NCBI RefSeq assembly: GCF_009914755.1
Contig: NC_060930.1
Source: the human T2T-CHM13v2.0 reference genome, Homo sapiens
DNA: 64,000 bases
Reading direction: 5' to 3' (one strand)
A model generated the notes under the pieces. It saw only the letters and a list, made by a program, of their open reading frames with translations. It did no database searches and was not told the DNA's origin. The position numbers were made by a program, and so were the translations under genes. Positions within the stretch are counted from its first letter, which is position 1. Every line of letters starts with the position of its first letter. Of the stretch, positions 61,038 through 64,000 are shown one piece after another.

Positions 61038-61767
61038 ATTTGTCTTTGTCTTGGGTTCCCGGCAAGGAGCTTTATGCTTGGAATTTCCCAGGTGACAGAA
61101 GTATCTTTGTTATTCATAAGCCCCTTGATTCACACCAGAGTTTATGTTAGTTAACAAGATGACTCAGGATAGCAGCTAGTCACCAGAAAGACTAATTGTG
61201 TGATTGCGGACCTTTGGCCCAGCCCAATCTCTTAGGAGGAAACTGGGGCTAAAAATTTAGTTCAATCAATTAGTCAGTGTTCAATCAATCAAGCCTACAT
61301 CATGAAGTCCCAATAGAACCTCTAGACACTGAAGTGAAGGACAGCTTTCTGGTTGGTGAATCCACTAATGTGCTGGGAGGGTAATGTGCTCTAAGTATAC
61401 AGGGAGAGGGCATAAAAGCTCTGCATTCAGGACTGTTCGAGACCTTGCTATATGTGTCTTCTAGGACCCCCTCTGAATATATAGCCAGTTGGTCAGAAAT
61501 ATGGGTGACCTGGAGATCCCTGAACTTGCAAATGGCATCTGAAGTGAGGGAAATCTTATGGCGAGGTAGTGAGAATGGTCTTGGGAACTCCCTGGATTTG
61601 GAGCCAGTTGACAAGAAGTATGAGTGGCCTGGGAACTTGAATTGCAGCTGGTGTCTGAAGTGGGGGCAGTCTTGTTGGGGACCATGCCCTTGAACCTGTG
61701 GAGTCTGACACTATTTCAGGATGGTTAGTGCCAGAATTGAATTGCAGTATACTGGTTGATGTCAGAA
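61038..61767 (+). mobile_element. MER21C-like LTR
   Basis: tttgtctttgtcttgggttcccggcaaggagc ... gatgtcagaa; family name from recalled consensus. Confidence 0.7.
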
Positions 61768-61814
61768 GATCTGGCCTGATCGCTAAATTGAAAGGCTTTT
61801 TTTTCCACCATAAA

Positions 61815-63160
<1,346 letters not shown>

Positions 63161-63162
63161 AA

Positions 63163-63528
63163 TGTTATGAACTGAATGTTTGTGTCCCCCTAAATGTCCT
63201 ATGTTGAAGCTCTATCCCCCAGTATGATGGTATCTGGAGAAGGGGCCTTTGGGAGGTAATCAGATTTAGGTGAGGTCATGAGGGTGGAGCTCCTATGATG
63301 GGATTAGTGTCCTTATAAGATGAGGAAAAAAGACCACAGCTCTCTCAATCTCTATCATCTGAGGACAAAGGAAGATGGCAGCCATCTACAAGCCTGTAAA
63401 GGGACCTCACTAGGAGCTGAATCTACCAGTACCTTGACCTTGGACTTCCCAGCCTCCAGAACTACAAGAAATAAACATTGGTTGTTTAACCCAACCAATG
63501 GAAGGTATCACCCAGCTGATTAAGACAC
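63163..63528 (+). mobile_element. MaLR LTR (MLT1A/MSTD-like)
   Basis: tgttatgaactgaatgtttgtgtccccc ... gattaagaca. Confidence 0.8.
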
Positions 63529-64000
63529 TGTAGTACTCCTTGGTAAGGTGTAACATTTAGTGGCTTTTTAAAAGTCATACATTTGCTTAACAAAACTTGG
63601 TTTTGTCAAATTCCAGTATAACCTCCTATAGAAACAGTTTTCATCAAAGCTTATTTGTTTACTGATGAAATTGTTTAGAGAAACTTTTCTTTCACTACAT
63701 AATTAAAGAAGAGCTAGTCACATAACTAAAACAAACTGAAAACACAGGTCTCCCAAACGAAGAGAGGCAAAGCCTATGTAATCTTTCATTAGACCTGTTG
63801 GGCCACAACTTTGCACCTGGGGCCTTTTCATGCACAATATTCCACTTAAATACCAAGTTTTATGATGTTGGAGAGATGAAAGAAAAGACCATTCAGAAAA
63901 ACAAACTATATTTTAAAATCTCTGTACATTTTCTCCCTCTTAAGACTAATCTAAGCATTAAAAAAAAAGTTGCCAGCTGAACTTATTCCCATATTATACG

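Overview
Primate (most likely human, the 6q14.1 COL12A1-COX7A2-TMEM30A region) genomic DNA. Two intact spliced genes lie on the minus strand. COX7A2 is complete: 4 coding exons, 252 nt, 83 aa, CpG-island promoter at about 36.9-37.1 kb. TMEM30A/CDC50A contributes exons 2-7 and a 3' UTR of about 3.2 kb; its exon 1 lies beyond the right edge. The CpG-rich left edge with a long (TC)n(TG)n repeat is probably the upstream flank of the COL12A1 promoter; this rests on recalled gene order, and no COL12A1 exon is seen. Much of the rest is Alu, L1, L2/MIR, LTR and DNA-transposon debris. Repeat family names come from recalled consensus sequences, not a search. Best leads: (1) a non-repeat-looking ~670-bp retro-insert with AATAAA, A-tail and 17-bp target-site duplication inside an old L1; (2) a perfect U1 site that also looks like an AG|GT recursive-type site in the TMEM30A 3' UTR, plus a 3' splice site just upstream of the COX7A2 promoter, suggesting TMEM30A-to-COX7A2 read-through splicing; (3) divergent CTCF motifs suggesting a domain boundary; (4) a nested 31-bp-arm palindrome at 16.0 kb. 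I found no evidence for a new protein-coding system.
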